DNA from: Carcharhinus amblyrhynchos
Lineage: Eukaryota
Reading direction: 5' to 3'
Length of the DNA: 64,000 bases
NCBI GenBank assembly: GCA_965287045.1
Contig: CBDIYR020000003.1
Span: forward strand, 9,424,001-9,488,000
Shown here: one piece after another, positions 49,862 through 62,271 of the stretch
Layout: each line of letters begins with the position of its first letter
How positions within the stretch are numbered: the first letter of the stretch is position 1
The notes under the pieces: generated by a model
Told to the model about the DNA's origin: nothing
What the model saw: the letters and a program-made list of their open reading frames with translations, nothing else
Database searches by the model: none
Program-made: the position numbers and the translations under genes

Positions 49862-52629
49862 CTTCTGTGAGACGCAGTAATGTCTAACCGAGAATCACTT
49901 GTGCCTGCTCGACGTTCAAATAATACTCTCTTATACCTGGTTTTATCCCCCTTAGGCGCAATTAGCTCACAATACCAATAATGTTACTTACACTCACTGA
50001 ACAAACATCATTAATTAAACAATGAAACATGGTGGATTGTATTCCTTGAGGAAGCACTTTGATATGTTTTTTTTGCTTCGGCGTTGATGCATGTAATTTA
50101 ACAGAAGTGACATGCTGATTTTCACACTTAAATGCACTTTCAATCCGACAATGAAGTTGTTAATTGCTAACTGATATTCTAATTAGGCCAGCATCAATTT
50201 CATCTATATGAAAGGCCTGGAATTGAATAACGGTATGAAAATAAAGATGGCCTATCGGCAAGAAACTTGTACAAATGACCATGAAAATCAAAGGAACATC
50301 AAAACCTGGCGATTCTTCTATAATTATGCTCGCAGGCTCCAGAACGTCGACTCATAGAAGCATGCAGCACAGAAGAGACCCTTTGGCACATCGATTTCGC
50401 ATCAACAAAAATGCAATAAAACTAAACTAATCCCACGTTGAAGCACTTGACCCATCGTCTTGACTGTGATGAAATTTTATGTGCTCATCAATGTGCTTTT
50501 CAAAGTTTGTATGTTTTCGTGCCTCTCCAGTCCTACCAGGCAGTGCATTCCGGGCTTTCAACTCTCCCTGTGAAAAAAAAATGTTTCCTTAAATACCCTC
50601 TAAGCCTCCTGCATCTTACCTGCAAATTATGTCTTTTTTCTATTGATCCTTCAACAATGGGGGACATCAATTTTGTCCCTATCCTGTCCATAAACTTCTT
50701 GACCTTATCCGATCCAATTAGGTTCCCTTTCTGCCTCCTCTGCTCGAAACAGCACGATCTTATCCACCCTCTCTTCATATCTAAAACTGTTCATCTCAGG
50801 CGCCATTCCGGTGAATTTTGTCTTCAGCCTCGCCAGTTAAATCACATGTTCCCTTAAATAGGTCTACAAGATCTGCACACAGTACTTCCAGCTTTTGCCT
50901 TTCCAGAGTTTCATACAGTTCCAAAGTATCCTACCTGCTCTGCTTTCTGTTGACTCTATTGATGGGCGGGATGAAGGAGTGAGCTGGGTATTAATAAGAA
51001 ACAAGTGGAAAAATGGAAGGTTTTTTGAGACAAAGCTGATTTCCCCGATGTCCCCCCCCCATCAAATTGAGTTAGCGATACCCCCATTTACCCCGTGTTC
51101 CCCCCAAATACATTTTCCCCAATGTCAGCATGGTAGTACAGTGGTTAATACTGCAGCCTCACTGTGATAGTGACCTGTGGGTCATTTTCACGCTTTCCCC
51201 GTGTCTGTGTGGGTTTTCTCCGGTTTCCTTCCCCATTCTGAAAGTTGTGCTGGGTTAGGGTGCATTGGGCCGTGCTTAAATTCTCCCTCAGTGTCACCCG
51301 AACAGGAATGTAGAGACCAGGGGAATTCTCACAGTAACTTCATTGCAGTGTTAATGTAAGCCGACTTATTAGTGACACTGATAAATAAAATTAAACTGAA
51401 GGTCAAGGTGCTGCTGTGACAATGCACCCTTTTGTTTAAACACTCTGCAATGCTGAGACTGGGGAGAGGAGTGAACAACAGGGAGCAGCATTGCAGCTTC
51501 TCTCCCCCCATTGAAACTGGGATTGTTGCTCCATCTGCTGCACCTTCCCCACCACATCCACTGGGGGCAATCTGGACAATGGGCTGCAGGCAGACCTCAC
51601 TGCGCCTGCGTCACAATCACTCACCGCCGGCGGCCATCTTGCGTTGCCAGGGGAGACGGCGCCCCGCGCGCTGCACTCTGGTTGAAATCCCCTCCCGCAC
51701 ATGCGCCCAGGCAGTTCTATTTTAATCTTTTAATATTTTGAATCTTGATGATTATTATTCACATCTCACCCGTCAGACTTTCGGTTCCTTCTCCATTCGG
51801 GAACATCGTTTCTGTTTTTTATTGCGTCTGTTTTTCAATCACCCCCGCGCGATGCGCTCTGGGAAAATACTACAGCACATGCGCGGTTCCGCCACCTGCC
51901 GCTTTATAAAAATATGTATTTTATTTAATTTTAATTCCGCTCCTGGCGGGATTTCTGGGTAGGAATTTCTCTCATTTTCTGGATTTCTGAACCGTCGCTT
52001 TCTCCTTGACGCGGGGGGAGGGGGGCGATGGTGACATCACGGCAATATGGCGGCTAGCCCCGCCTCTCTTCAAGTCCCGGATGTTCCGCCAACGAGCAGC
52101 GGCTGGGCCGGAGTCGGCAAGAGGTGACACTGGTCGGTGCAGCGCCTGGGCATGTTACAGCTACCCCTGGTGGCCAGGAAGGGAAATAGCAGCAGGACAG
52201 TCTCTGCCCAAAGGCTTCCTCAGTTCAGCTGCTCAGAGACACTGGGAACCTCTTCAACTGGAAACTTCAGCTTCTCACATTCACCCCCTGTGTTCAGTCA
52301 TTGTTCAATAGACAAGGTCTGTAGTGAAATCAGAAACAACTTGTTCACATTAAAGGGGATGGGAATCTGAATTATTCTGCTCAAAAAGCTCTGCTTGCCT
52401 TGAAATTTCAATGGAAATGTTCAAGATGAGAATTTATAGGTGTAAGTCATGTTGCATGTGGAACGCTCATGATGCAACAATAAGATCAGTACCGATATCT
52501 CACAGGGTTGTGTGACTGGAGAGATGTCAGAGGTGGAATCGTTAAATATAGAGATATAGGGGCTGAAGCTGGTTAGAAATTGGCAGTAAAAAGAACAAAG
52601 AAAATTACAGCACTGGAACAGGCCCTCCG

Positions 52630-53100
52630 GCCCTTACATGGCGAAAAACTGCAGCATGCGACGGTGCAGAGGGACCTCGGGGTCCTTGTGCATGAGTCGC
52701 AAAAACCCAGCTTGCAGGTGCAGCAGGTGGTCAGGAAGGCGAATGGGATGCTGGCCTTCATAGCGAGGGGGATTGAATTTAAAAGTAGGGAGGTCTTGCT
52801 GCAACTGTACAGGGCACTGGTGAGGCCGCAGCTGGAGTACTGTGTGCAGTTTTGGTCGCCGCACTTACGCAAGAATATTTTAGCCTTGGAGGGAGTGCAG
52901 AGGAGGTTTACTAGGCTGATACCGGAGTTGAGGGGGTTGAACTATGAGGAGAGGCTGAATAAACTAGGCTTGTACTCGTTAGAGTTTAGAAGAATGAGGG
53001 GAGATCTCATTGAGACATATAAGATGATGAGTGGGATGGATAGGATAGAGGTGGAGACACTCTTCCCATTCAGAAAGGACAGTAGGACTAGGGGGCACTT
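52630..53100 (+). mobile_element. CR1-type LINE ORF2 fragment, young
   Basis: QRDLGVLVHES.K...QVQQVVRKANGMLAFIARGIEFKSREVLLQLYRALVRPQLEYCVQFWSP..RTRGH; very similar to 23130-23670. Confidence 0.92.
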
Positions 53101-53804
53101 CGGTCATGCAGGTCAAGTACTTCGATCATACACTTCCCTCAGAGATATTCACCACCTGCTGTCTTTACCTGTACTCTGTGCCTCCTTGAACACCTCTCGG
53201 CCCCTCACTCCAATATGCTAATTATTTACTTGATTGCACTTAACATTAACAATTTTCACAGATTACATTGCTGGCTTGGACTTTCCTCTGGGACAGTAAA
53301 TAATGTTTATCAACAAATGAGGTCTAGAGTTGACCAGGGTCCAATGCGCCCTAATCTCTCTGTAACTTATCATCTCAGCTCATTCCATAGACCACTGCAA
53401 CAACAGAAAGAAACTGTGTCCAGTTAAAACCATATTTGTCTATCTGAGATCTCGGACCATCCATCCTGTTGGTAATATCCCGGTAGAGAATGTGCCCCTT
53501 CAATATCCCTTCAACACATTGATTAATTTCAGTGGGAATCTAACAGGAAGCGCCATTCTGCTGCATTGAAACAAATGAGAAAGTGGTTAATGACAAGACA
53601 GAAACTTTTTACTCGACATGCAGCCCTGGTTCTGTGACGTTGCCCGTCGTTACAAATCTCTTGTGCAGTCTATTTCGAAATTTCAGAGCGGACCTGCTGC
53701 ACTAACATTTATATTGAAATAAAACTCATACCTATCGTTCGGGAGACTTTATTGGACGAATAAAGTCTCCCTAACGAAACTCATGTGCTCAAAGCCACTC
53801 CCTA

Positions 53805-54135
53805 AGGGCGGCACGGTAGCACAGTGGTTAGCACTGCTACTTCACAGCTCCAGGGACCTGGGTTTGATTCCCGACTTGGGTCACTGTCCGTGTGGAGTTT
53901 GCACATTCTCCTCGTGTCTGTGTGGGTTTCTCCGTGTGCTCCAGTTTCCTCCCACAGTCCAAAGATGTGCGGGTTCGGTTGATTGCCCATGCTTAAAAAA
54001 TGCCCTTCGTGTCCCGAGATGAATAGGTTGGAGGGATTAGTGGGTAAATATGTAGGGGTAGGGCCTGGGTGGGATTTTTGTCGGTGCACATTCGATGGGC
54101 CGAATGCTCACTTTCTGCACTGTAGGGTTTGTATG
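53805..54135 (+). mobile_element. Full-length HE1-like SINE
   Basis: gggcggcacggtagcacagtggttagcactgct..gggtttgattccc..tcccacagtccaaagatgtgcggg..gatgggccgaatg..ctgcactgtaggg. Confidence 0.85.
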
Positions 54136-56161
54136 AATAGTGGGGCGAATAAGGAAGTGGCGGAGGTGGAAGCATTTTGGTTGAATCACAAGTAAAAACC
54201 GATTTCAAAAGTTGAGGTTTTGTGCAGAGCAGGAAGAAGAACAGTAATGAATGTTGAGAGAGCAGCGACACCCATGTGACCAGCGCGCCCTCTAGTTGAT
54301 GTCGTGGCAAATTTTTCACCGCTCTGATACCAGAAATAACACAGAAAATCGAATTATCACTGGGATTGCCTTCAGTGCCTCATTACCAGGGAATAATCCG
54401 CAACATATTAAAAATAGACTCCACAAATACAGCTGTGGAGCCATAATTATTTTATCTTAAGTGTCCTTGTTAATTGTTTTATGCTAATTGTCCTTGCTCC
54501 TTTCAATTTATTTTCCTACTCTTTCCCTTCCCATCTCTAGTTTCTACTTTTCGGCCGGAATTGCTTCACTTTCTTCCAATATTTAGTTTAACAATCCAAA
54601 GCATTCATCTCTGCTTGGCATCTTAATTCAGTCCGGCAAAACTCCAGTGAGTCGCAAAAGGAAATTGTCAGGCCAGACCAATGAATAACCAAAGTTTATC
54701 TCCTCTTCCGTCCGCCGCCATCGGAACACCTCCGAATATCCACCAGCGGCGGCATGGTGGCACTGCTGCCTCACAGTGCATTGGCCTCGTGTCGCTATCT
54801 GTGTGGGGTTTCCACGTTCCCCCTGTGTCTGTGTGGGTTTCCTCCCGGTGCTCGGGTTTCCTCTCACACTCCAGAGATGTGCGGGTAAGGTTAATTGGCC
54901 ATGCTAAATTGCCCCTTAGTGTTGAGGGGGGCGGAGGGGGTGTGGGGTGGGGAGAGGAATGGCTAGCAAGATAAACAGATGGGATATTGGGGGAAAGGTG
55001 GAATTCTGGTCAGCAGACTTGATGGGCCAGATGGCCTGCTTTTGCACCGCAGGGAAGTTATGATAAGTTGAATGTTTCAACCCAATTTGTCTCAATGTTT
55101 TGTAGAAGATAAAGCGATCAATTATCACCACAAAAGCAGCTGCATGTGGAAGGATTAGAGACTGATCTTGGACAGAGGGGAGAGAGAGTGAGAGAATGTT
55201 TGTCTGATGTGGAAAATCCACTTTGAGAGCTGCTTCCTGAATTGTTGCACTGTAACCATCTCAGCACTACCCTCATTTTTTTTAATTTTTTGAGTAGAAG
55301 TGACATTGAATGGTTTTCCGAGCCGGCTGGTGTTGAATTGTAGTTAATGAGAACTAGCTTTACCTATCGCTGGGGACTGTCAACTTGCCCTCTGGACTTC
55401 CCTCCCGAGCTTTGAGCTCATGAGTTTCGAGTTACAGGAAGTGCTGACATTATTCTGTCTTAAACAAATTCCAAACACCGAGGATTATCGTTTATTTAAT
55501 AAACGATTGCGAATGCGATTGAAGTGAATAATTTTAAACCGAGGTGCCATTGCATATATTAGTGGAAGTGTTTATACTTTAAGACTGTGCAACTGAATGC
55601 ACAGTGACAGCTGGTGTCTTTGCTCGAAAGTGTTCGGGCATTTTTATCAGGCATATCGTCACAAAAATATGTTCTTTCCTTTGAACTATGGTGAGAAGGA
55701 TTCCATAACTGACTATCAGATAGTTGAACGGCGGTATAACCGCTCCTTCCTTCTCCAACAGATCCTCACTCTGCTCTTGAATTGGGAGTTTCTCTTCGAA
55801 CGCCAGGGACGCTGTCAATGTGTCACAAGACGGTCTGGCGCTTCAATCAGCCACTCCGACATAAAATGCAAAAAAAAGTTCAATAATTGGATCAATGACT
55901 AATGAAGGTAATTACGCAGTCACGATTGAGCCACTCTCCTGATGGTAACACTTAAATAAACAGACTGATCCCTGAATGAAACAAACCCTGGAGCAAGCCT
56001 GAGTTTGACGGTCACATTAACCAGAGTCGGATTTAACAGTCACCATCTGGAAAAGGGAAATATTCTCCCCATTCGGTACTGACTGTTACCCAGCGCTGAG
56101 TATTTCCAATCAATGACAGCCAGCTCACCGGCCTGTCTATTCACACTGTCACTGGGAACAC

Positions 56162-56240
56162 CAGGAAGTGAAGTGAGAACATCCTGAGGCATCAGCAGGT
56201 TACTGGGGGCGGGGTTTCGAACTGGGGGCGGGGTTTCGAA
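56162..56240 (+). promoter_or_regulatory. Conserved V-family promoter: ETS site (CAGGAAGT) plus GC box, here with a 19-bp tandem duplication
   Basis: caggaagtgaagtgagaac..(actgggggcggggtttcga)x2; the same arrangement lies upstream of the leaders at 11435(-) and 42572(+). Confidence 0.6.
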
Positions 56241-56290
56241 CCGGTGTCTTCAAAATCCCCAACTCCCCTTTTACAGAGCGGACAGAGACA

Positions 56291-56733
56291 ATGCGGCTGT
56301 TCAGCATCTGGGTTGTGTGGGCAGCATTTCTGACAGGTAAATGTGGACCAAACACATTTCAACTTTGTTCGACAATTTTGAAACAGTCATCGGTCAGCTA
56401 TTTTTATATTTGAATTTGTTTTTCAGATCTGATTCATGGAGATTCTGTCACTCAGTCACTGTCTTCAGATGTTAGGACAGAAGGAGAAGCGGTGACTTTA
56501 AAATGTAACTATGATACTACATTAGGCTCCTACTCTCCATACTGGTACCGGCAGCACCCAGACTCAGAGCCTGAGTTTATTTTGCGGAAATATTTGAGCG
56601 GCGGTGAAGAAAAAGCCGATTTTGCTAAAAGCCGTTTCTCTGTTGAGCTTCAGACAGAGACTAAATTCACCAGTTTATCCATCTCGGGTCTGAAGCTGAC
56701 TGACGCCGCAGTGTATTACTGCGTTTTCAGGCA
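56291..56733 (+). CDS. TCR alpha/delta (Vdelta-like) V gene segment, apparently functional (leader 56291-56336, V exon 56427-56733)
   Basis: Leader MRLFSIWVVWAAFLT/G; GDSVTQSL..LKCNYDT..WYRQHPDSEPEFIL..DAAVYYCVFR. RSS: CACAGTG 56734-56740, 23 nt, ACAAAAACT 56764-56772. Confidence 0.95.
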
Positions 56734-58212
56734 CACAGTGATATAAAGCAAGCTCAGCCCTGTACAAAAACTGCCTTTCACTTCAGTGTGCAGCTGCTGT
56801 CTGTTGGGGTCTGTGGAGGATTGCAGTAGATGCAGCCGCAATGTGCAGCGACAGGAAACCAAACTCACCTCGAATGAAACTGTTCCCAGGAGAGACTGAG
56901 AAAACAAGCTTTCGAATTCAATCCGACAAACAGATCATTGCAGGATCGCATTTGAAGATACCCGTTCCAAGTCCCTCCCTTAATAATTTGTTCAGTTCCC
57001 CTGGGATGTTCTTACCTCACTTCCGTGTCTGTCTCTGGTTCTCTGAAGCCAGTTGGTGGTGATCTGTGTTGACATTGAAAGAGAAGTATCCGAGCCTGGC
57101 TACAGTCAGTGACCTGACAGGGGAATGGCCGGACTTCCAGAGACTGGGGAGGAGGAAGGGTGGCCGGGGAGTGTAAGCTTGGCCTGTAGATTGTCATCAG
57201 AAAATTCTGATTGTTAGTGTTGACAGGGACCTCACCAAGACAGGCGGTGAGTTACTCCAAGCAGTATTCCCAGACTCTGACTTGGTCTTGTAGCTATTGT
57301 GTTTATGTGTGGTGAGTCCAGGAGAGTTTCTGGTCAATGGTAACCCTAAGGATGTTGACAGTGGGGAATTCAGTGATGGTTACACCATCACTTTTGCTGA
57401 CAAACAAAAAGCTTTCATCTCTCTCTCTCTCTCCCTCTCTCACTCTATCTCTCTCCCTCCCTCTCTTATGTCTCATCTCGGTCATATTCTTTCCCTCCCA
57501 TTCACTCTGTCGTCCTTTCTGGAGGAGACTGCAATCAATTTACCCGCAACACAGCATCTGCCAACAACCCATCAGGTGAAACCTTCCCTTCCTCAAATCC
57601 CTCTTTCCTCCGTGTTCTTCGCTGTCTTTCCGCAAGGAATCGGGTTGGAAACTGATGGGAACAGATTTGCAGGGCTGCAGTGACAGAGTGGATGGGATGG
57701 GACCGGTCAATTGCTCTAGCAGAGAGACAACATGGGCTGAATGGCCTCCTTGATTTTCAGTCATTTTTCAGCGATGAGGAAGTTTACGAAAAGGAGAGGT
57801 TGGGATAACAGAGAAACAGAGGCAATGAGACAGGGTTATGAAGAAAGTCACATGAGACACAAAACTAAACAGAAAACGCGATTCTTTACAGCTCTCATTT
57901 ATTGGCGGGGAACATCCATCAGTCCCGGCAGAGTAGCCAATCCTGTCCCTGGGAAATGCCCCTCAGTTTCTCAAAAATTAAACCAGATTATAATCGGGGC
58001 TATCCTTTACACTAGTTTGGAATCATTGGCAGAATTAGAGCATTCTGTTACTTTCTATCGAGATCTATACACCGAAACCATCTGATCCCCAAGCTCCTTA
58101 CTGATAATAATGATCTTGCTGCCCGGCGGGTCCATTAGTAAATGGTAACAAATGGTCAACAATGGTTATTTTTAAACCCTGACTTTTGAACCAATCTGTA
58201 TTTGTGTGACAG

Positions 58213-58499
58213 GAATGTGTGTCATAGCTTCAGTGTTCCAGGCTCATTTCCAATTAACAATTCGGGAAGGACACTGTGAACTGGACTGCTATTACTTGAT
58301 AACCAACTCTACTCTGGTACATGCAGTATTCTGGGGAAGCTCCGAGATGTTTGCCGAAGAAATATAGCTTCGGGGGTTCCGAAAAGGTCCCCAAACCGAG
58401 GTTCTCTGCAGATTTGCAGAAGGGAGACAAAACAATTCCTTTCTATCTCGCGGGGGCTCTTCTGTCGGATACTTGCATGTACTTCTGTGCGATGGAGCG
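58213..58499 (+). pseudogene. TCR V pseudogene (frameshifted)
   Basis: After the AG acceptor: ASVFQ..ELDCYY, then a frameshift to WYMQYSGEAP..PRFSADLQ..LSDTCMYFCAME; degenerate RSS CACACTG 58500-58506, ~24 nt, ACGAAACCA. Confidence 0.8.
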
Positions 58500-59720
58500 C
58501 ACACTGGTACAGAGATAAAGCGGATCCAGTACGAAACCACCCCAGTTGTGTTCCAGTTGGTGCCCAGAAGATGGCGCTGTCACACCGATAGATAGGGGCA
58601 AGAATTAAACCCAGTGAAAGTCACAGAAATCTTCCGAAAAGAACAAAACATAACGCCCCATAAAAACAGGTGATGCACACTTGCGGAATTGTATCATTTG
58701 ATTTTACCGCGCGTTCATAATAAAACTCGCATTTATAAATCTATTTGATCTATGTGGTTCACTTAGTGTTTTGAAGCTGATTCCATGCCTGTATCATTAA
58801 ACAAGTCTTCTTCGTCTCCCCTTTTAGATTTCTGCTCGAGACCAGTTCTCTGGTCTTATTTGATCAGAATATGTTGTTGGGTCAGAAACAGTTTATGAAA
58901 AATGGATAGATTTCAGAACTCATTGACTTTGATCATTCAACGGAATTTCACAATGTTTCCCTAGCAGTAGTCAAATATTCATCTGATTTACAGAAACAAG
59001 GAGCAGCGAGAAACAGATAGACAAGCCGGATATGATAAGAAGTTTGATGCTACCCTGGTATTAGGTGGAGACGGCCAGGGAGAAGTGGAAATTGGCTGCT
59101 CTGAACTTCGGATTTTTTTAGAAATCAAACCTTATGAAATGTGTTCAGGATGTGCAAGCTGTCTCGAATGTAGCAATAGTGATCAAATAAACGCTCTCAA
59201 CGGCTCACCCTCAAAGGCCCCCAGAAACTGATAAGGGAGATACAGAGAGGCGTGTTCAATATGAGAAGCAGGCACGGAAAAAGAAGGAAAGGACAAATCG
59301 GGACACCGGGATCAGGTGACGTGTTACACAAACATGGAGAACTGTCCGTCTGCTGTCTGTGTGGCTCTTCACCGCCAGGATTGACGGATGTTTGGGATTT
59401 TATCATCCAGGTCTGATTTTAGAGGAATACAGAGTTGATTAGTAGCAGAAGCGACAATTTAATTGACACATTCATTATGTGATGGACTTGTCGGCCTAAA
59501 ACGATTCTGCAGTTTGTTTTCTCGGCCTCTCCTGGAAACAGTTGGGTGACACTTGATCCGAGGTGAAAATGGTTTCCTGTCGGTTTGTGTTTGAGCGGCT
59601 GACAGCGCCACTGCTCATTGTGGCTGCATCTGCCAGAGGTTCTGTACAGCAGCGAGGAGCTCTCACTTATCTTGTTGAGACAGTTTTTGTACAGGAGTCA
59701 GACTGTTTTCTATCACTGTG

Positions 59721-60178
59721 AGGCTGAAAGCGCAGTAATACATGGCCGCGTCAGACAACTGCAGATCCCAGATAATCAAACTGATGGATTTCTTCCAGGT
59801 TTGGAGATTAGTCGAGAAACGGGTTTTAGCAAAATCTGCTTTATATTCACCACCCCCCGAGTACTTCCTCAGAATGTATTCGGGCTGGGAGTCTGGATGC
59901 TGTCGATACCAGTATAAATTATAGCCGGTTTCTGCAGTTTCATAGTTGCAGCTTAATGTCACCGCGTCTCCTTCTGTCTTAACATCTGAGGGCAGCGGCT
60001 GAGTGACAGAATCTCCATGGGTCAGATCTGAAAAATATGTTCAAATAGATGAAGAATAGAGTGACGTGTTCTCAATAGTGAGATTCAACCAAGTCCTAGA
60101 AATAAGAAAACAAAGGTGATGTCCGGAAATACCTGTTAGAAATGCTCCCCACACAATCCAGATGATGAGTACCCGCAT
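59721..60178 (-). CDS. TCR alpha/delta (Vdelta-like) V gene segment, apparently functional (leader 60178-60133, V exon 60027-59721)
   Basis: Leader MRVLIIWIVWGAFLT/G; GDSVTQPLP..LSCNYET..WYRQHPDSQPEYIL..DAAMYYCAFSL. RSS: CACAGTG 59720-59714, 23 nt, ACAAAAACT 59690-59682. Confidence 0.95.
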
Positions 60179-61744
60179 TGTCTCTGTCCGCTCTGTAAAG
60201 TAGGAATCGGGTATTTGAAGACACCCATTCTAATCCCCACCCTTAATAATCTGATGACGTGTCTCAGGATGCTCATGCGTCAGTTCATTGTCTCAGAACA
60301 GTGGCACCGTGTGATTGGTAATTGCTCAGATGACTGTCAGTGAATGGAAGCTCCCCAACTTCTACTCGATTCGGTGTCCCTGTTGGGAGAAGTGTTCCGC
60401 TTTGGAAATGGGATGTCAAGAAAAAAAACCCTTCATTTTGTCATTCGAATGGCGGAGTAAGGAGTTTTGATGGATTTGGTGGATTTTCAATCAATGTTCT
60501 GTGCACATTCTCTTAGCTTTAGCATCCGAGCATTAGTGCCTGAGGCTCAGCGAGAATCTAGAGAATGTGGAGGCTAAGGGTCACAGAATAATTTTAAAGC
60601 TGAGTTAAACAAACATTTTAACTAAAATTTATGTCATGGTCCATGAGAATCGAGGCAGAAAAGTGGATTTAAAAGGACGATCAGATAAACTGCAATCTGA
60701 CTGAATGGTAGACCAGATTTGCAGGAGCTTAATTTTTATGTTCGAATGTTCAGATATCGGTGGATGGAATGTGAGATACTTTGCAATCGTCGTTTCTTTA
60801 CTAAAGGAACAGGGAAATCGATCAGTGAACTCTAGTTGCGTGCTTATTATTCCTGAGATAATATAACGTGTACTGTGGATGCTGTACCGAAAGCTGACCA
60901 TGACTGAAATCAGTAGGGTTAGGATATCAAATTGTTATGGTGCAGCTAATTATGACATCTCGTTTTCTTCAAAGGTCCACTCAGGGACAACAAGATGCAC
61001 TTTGTAGTTGTGGCCCCCTGTCATATAATATTCTGGGAAGAGTCAACTTCAAGGACTTCCGCTTTCTCTTCTTAACCATTATCAACATGGGGTCACTGGA
61101 AAAGTAGTTCACGGACCCAGGATGATGCTTTGAGACAAGCAGTTCAATCCCATCATATCAAGTGGTTACATTTAAGTTCGATTTTGGAGAAAAGTATTCA
61201 AAATTCTGCCCCGGCAGCTGGTTAAATTTAAATGTGATTAATTGATATTAAAAGCTAGTCGCACTGATGGTGCTCGAACGCTGTCACTGCAGATCCACCT
61301 TATTCACTAATCCACTTTGTGGAAGGAAATCTGCCTTCGTAGCCTGGCCTGGTCTGTATGTGACAAGAATATAACTAACTCTCAAATAGCCCAGCCCGTT
61401 TCGAGGATAATTAGTGATCGACAAAATTTTGGTCTTGTGACCGACGCCCAATTTTTTTTTAAAGAGTTGTCATCATTTGACTAGTAGTAATCCTAAATTA
61501 CAATAGTCAGGAGAACAGCATATTCTTTACTTTTAATTGGGAAGGAAACGCGAAGTGAAAATGTGACATATTGACCAGTAGAGGTCCGCTGTCCTTTTTC
61601 TTCCTTCTCCCGAATCTAACGCTGCAGTTCAGGAAATGTTCTCCCGCAGTGGAAATACAGATTCAGACCCCACAACGCCCGTTGCTCCGCCCGCATTCCT
61701 GATACAACAAGTGCCAAACAAGCAAATCGACAGAACTGTCTTCA

Positions 61745-62050
61745 TAGAATCATAGAGTCCCTATAGTGTAGAAGGAGGCCATTCGGTCCATTAAACCTGC
61801 AGCGACAACAGTCCTACGAAGACCCTTTCCTCATAACCCCATGTGTTTACTCTCCTAATCACCCTAATACTAAGGGACAATTTCCCATGACTAATCCACC
61901 TAATCTGCACATTTCTGGACTGTGGGAGGAAACAGGAGAAAACGCACGGGTATAACGTGAAAACTCCACACAGACAGTTACCCAAGGCCGAAATTGAACC
62001 TGGTCCCCCTTTGCTATGAGGCAGGAGTGCTAACTACTGTGCCACCTTTC
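61745..62050 (-). mobile_element. HE1-like SINE
   Basis: catagaatcataga..agaaggaggccattcgg..ggactgtgggaggaaac..aaactccacacagacag..gctaactactgtgccacc (reverse complement of the SINE). Confidence 0.8.
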
Positions 62051-62271
62051 CGTTCATTTAGTAATGCAGGGCACATGGGGTGAACCAGAGAGAGAGAGGG
62101 AGCAGAAAAATGGGACTGCTGATGTTACTGCCAATAGCAACGGTACGCTAATAGAACCATAGGTTTTGTTGCCATCATTTCAAGTTGGGAGAAATATATA
62201 ACGACTGCGCCCTCTGACGGTGACTCAGGGTACGTGACATTGTCGGCAAGCACAAGGTTGTCAATGGAAGT

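Larger units (their letters stand above)
54395..57235 (+). repeat. Segmental duplication containing a V gene; inverted paralog of ~10440-13200
   Basis: Colinear reverse-complement similarity to 10440-13200. Confidence 0.88.
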
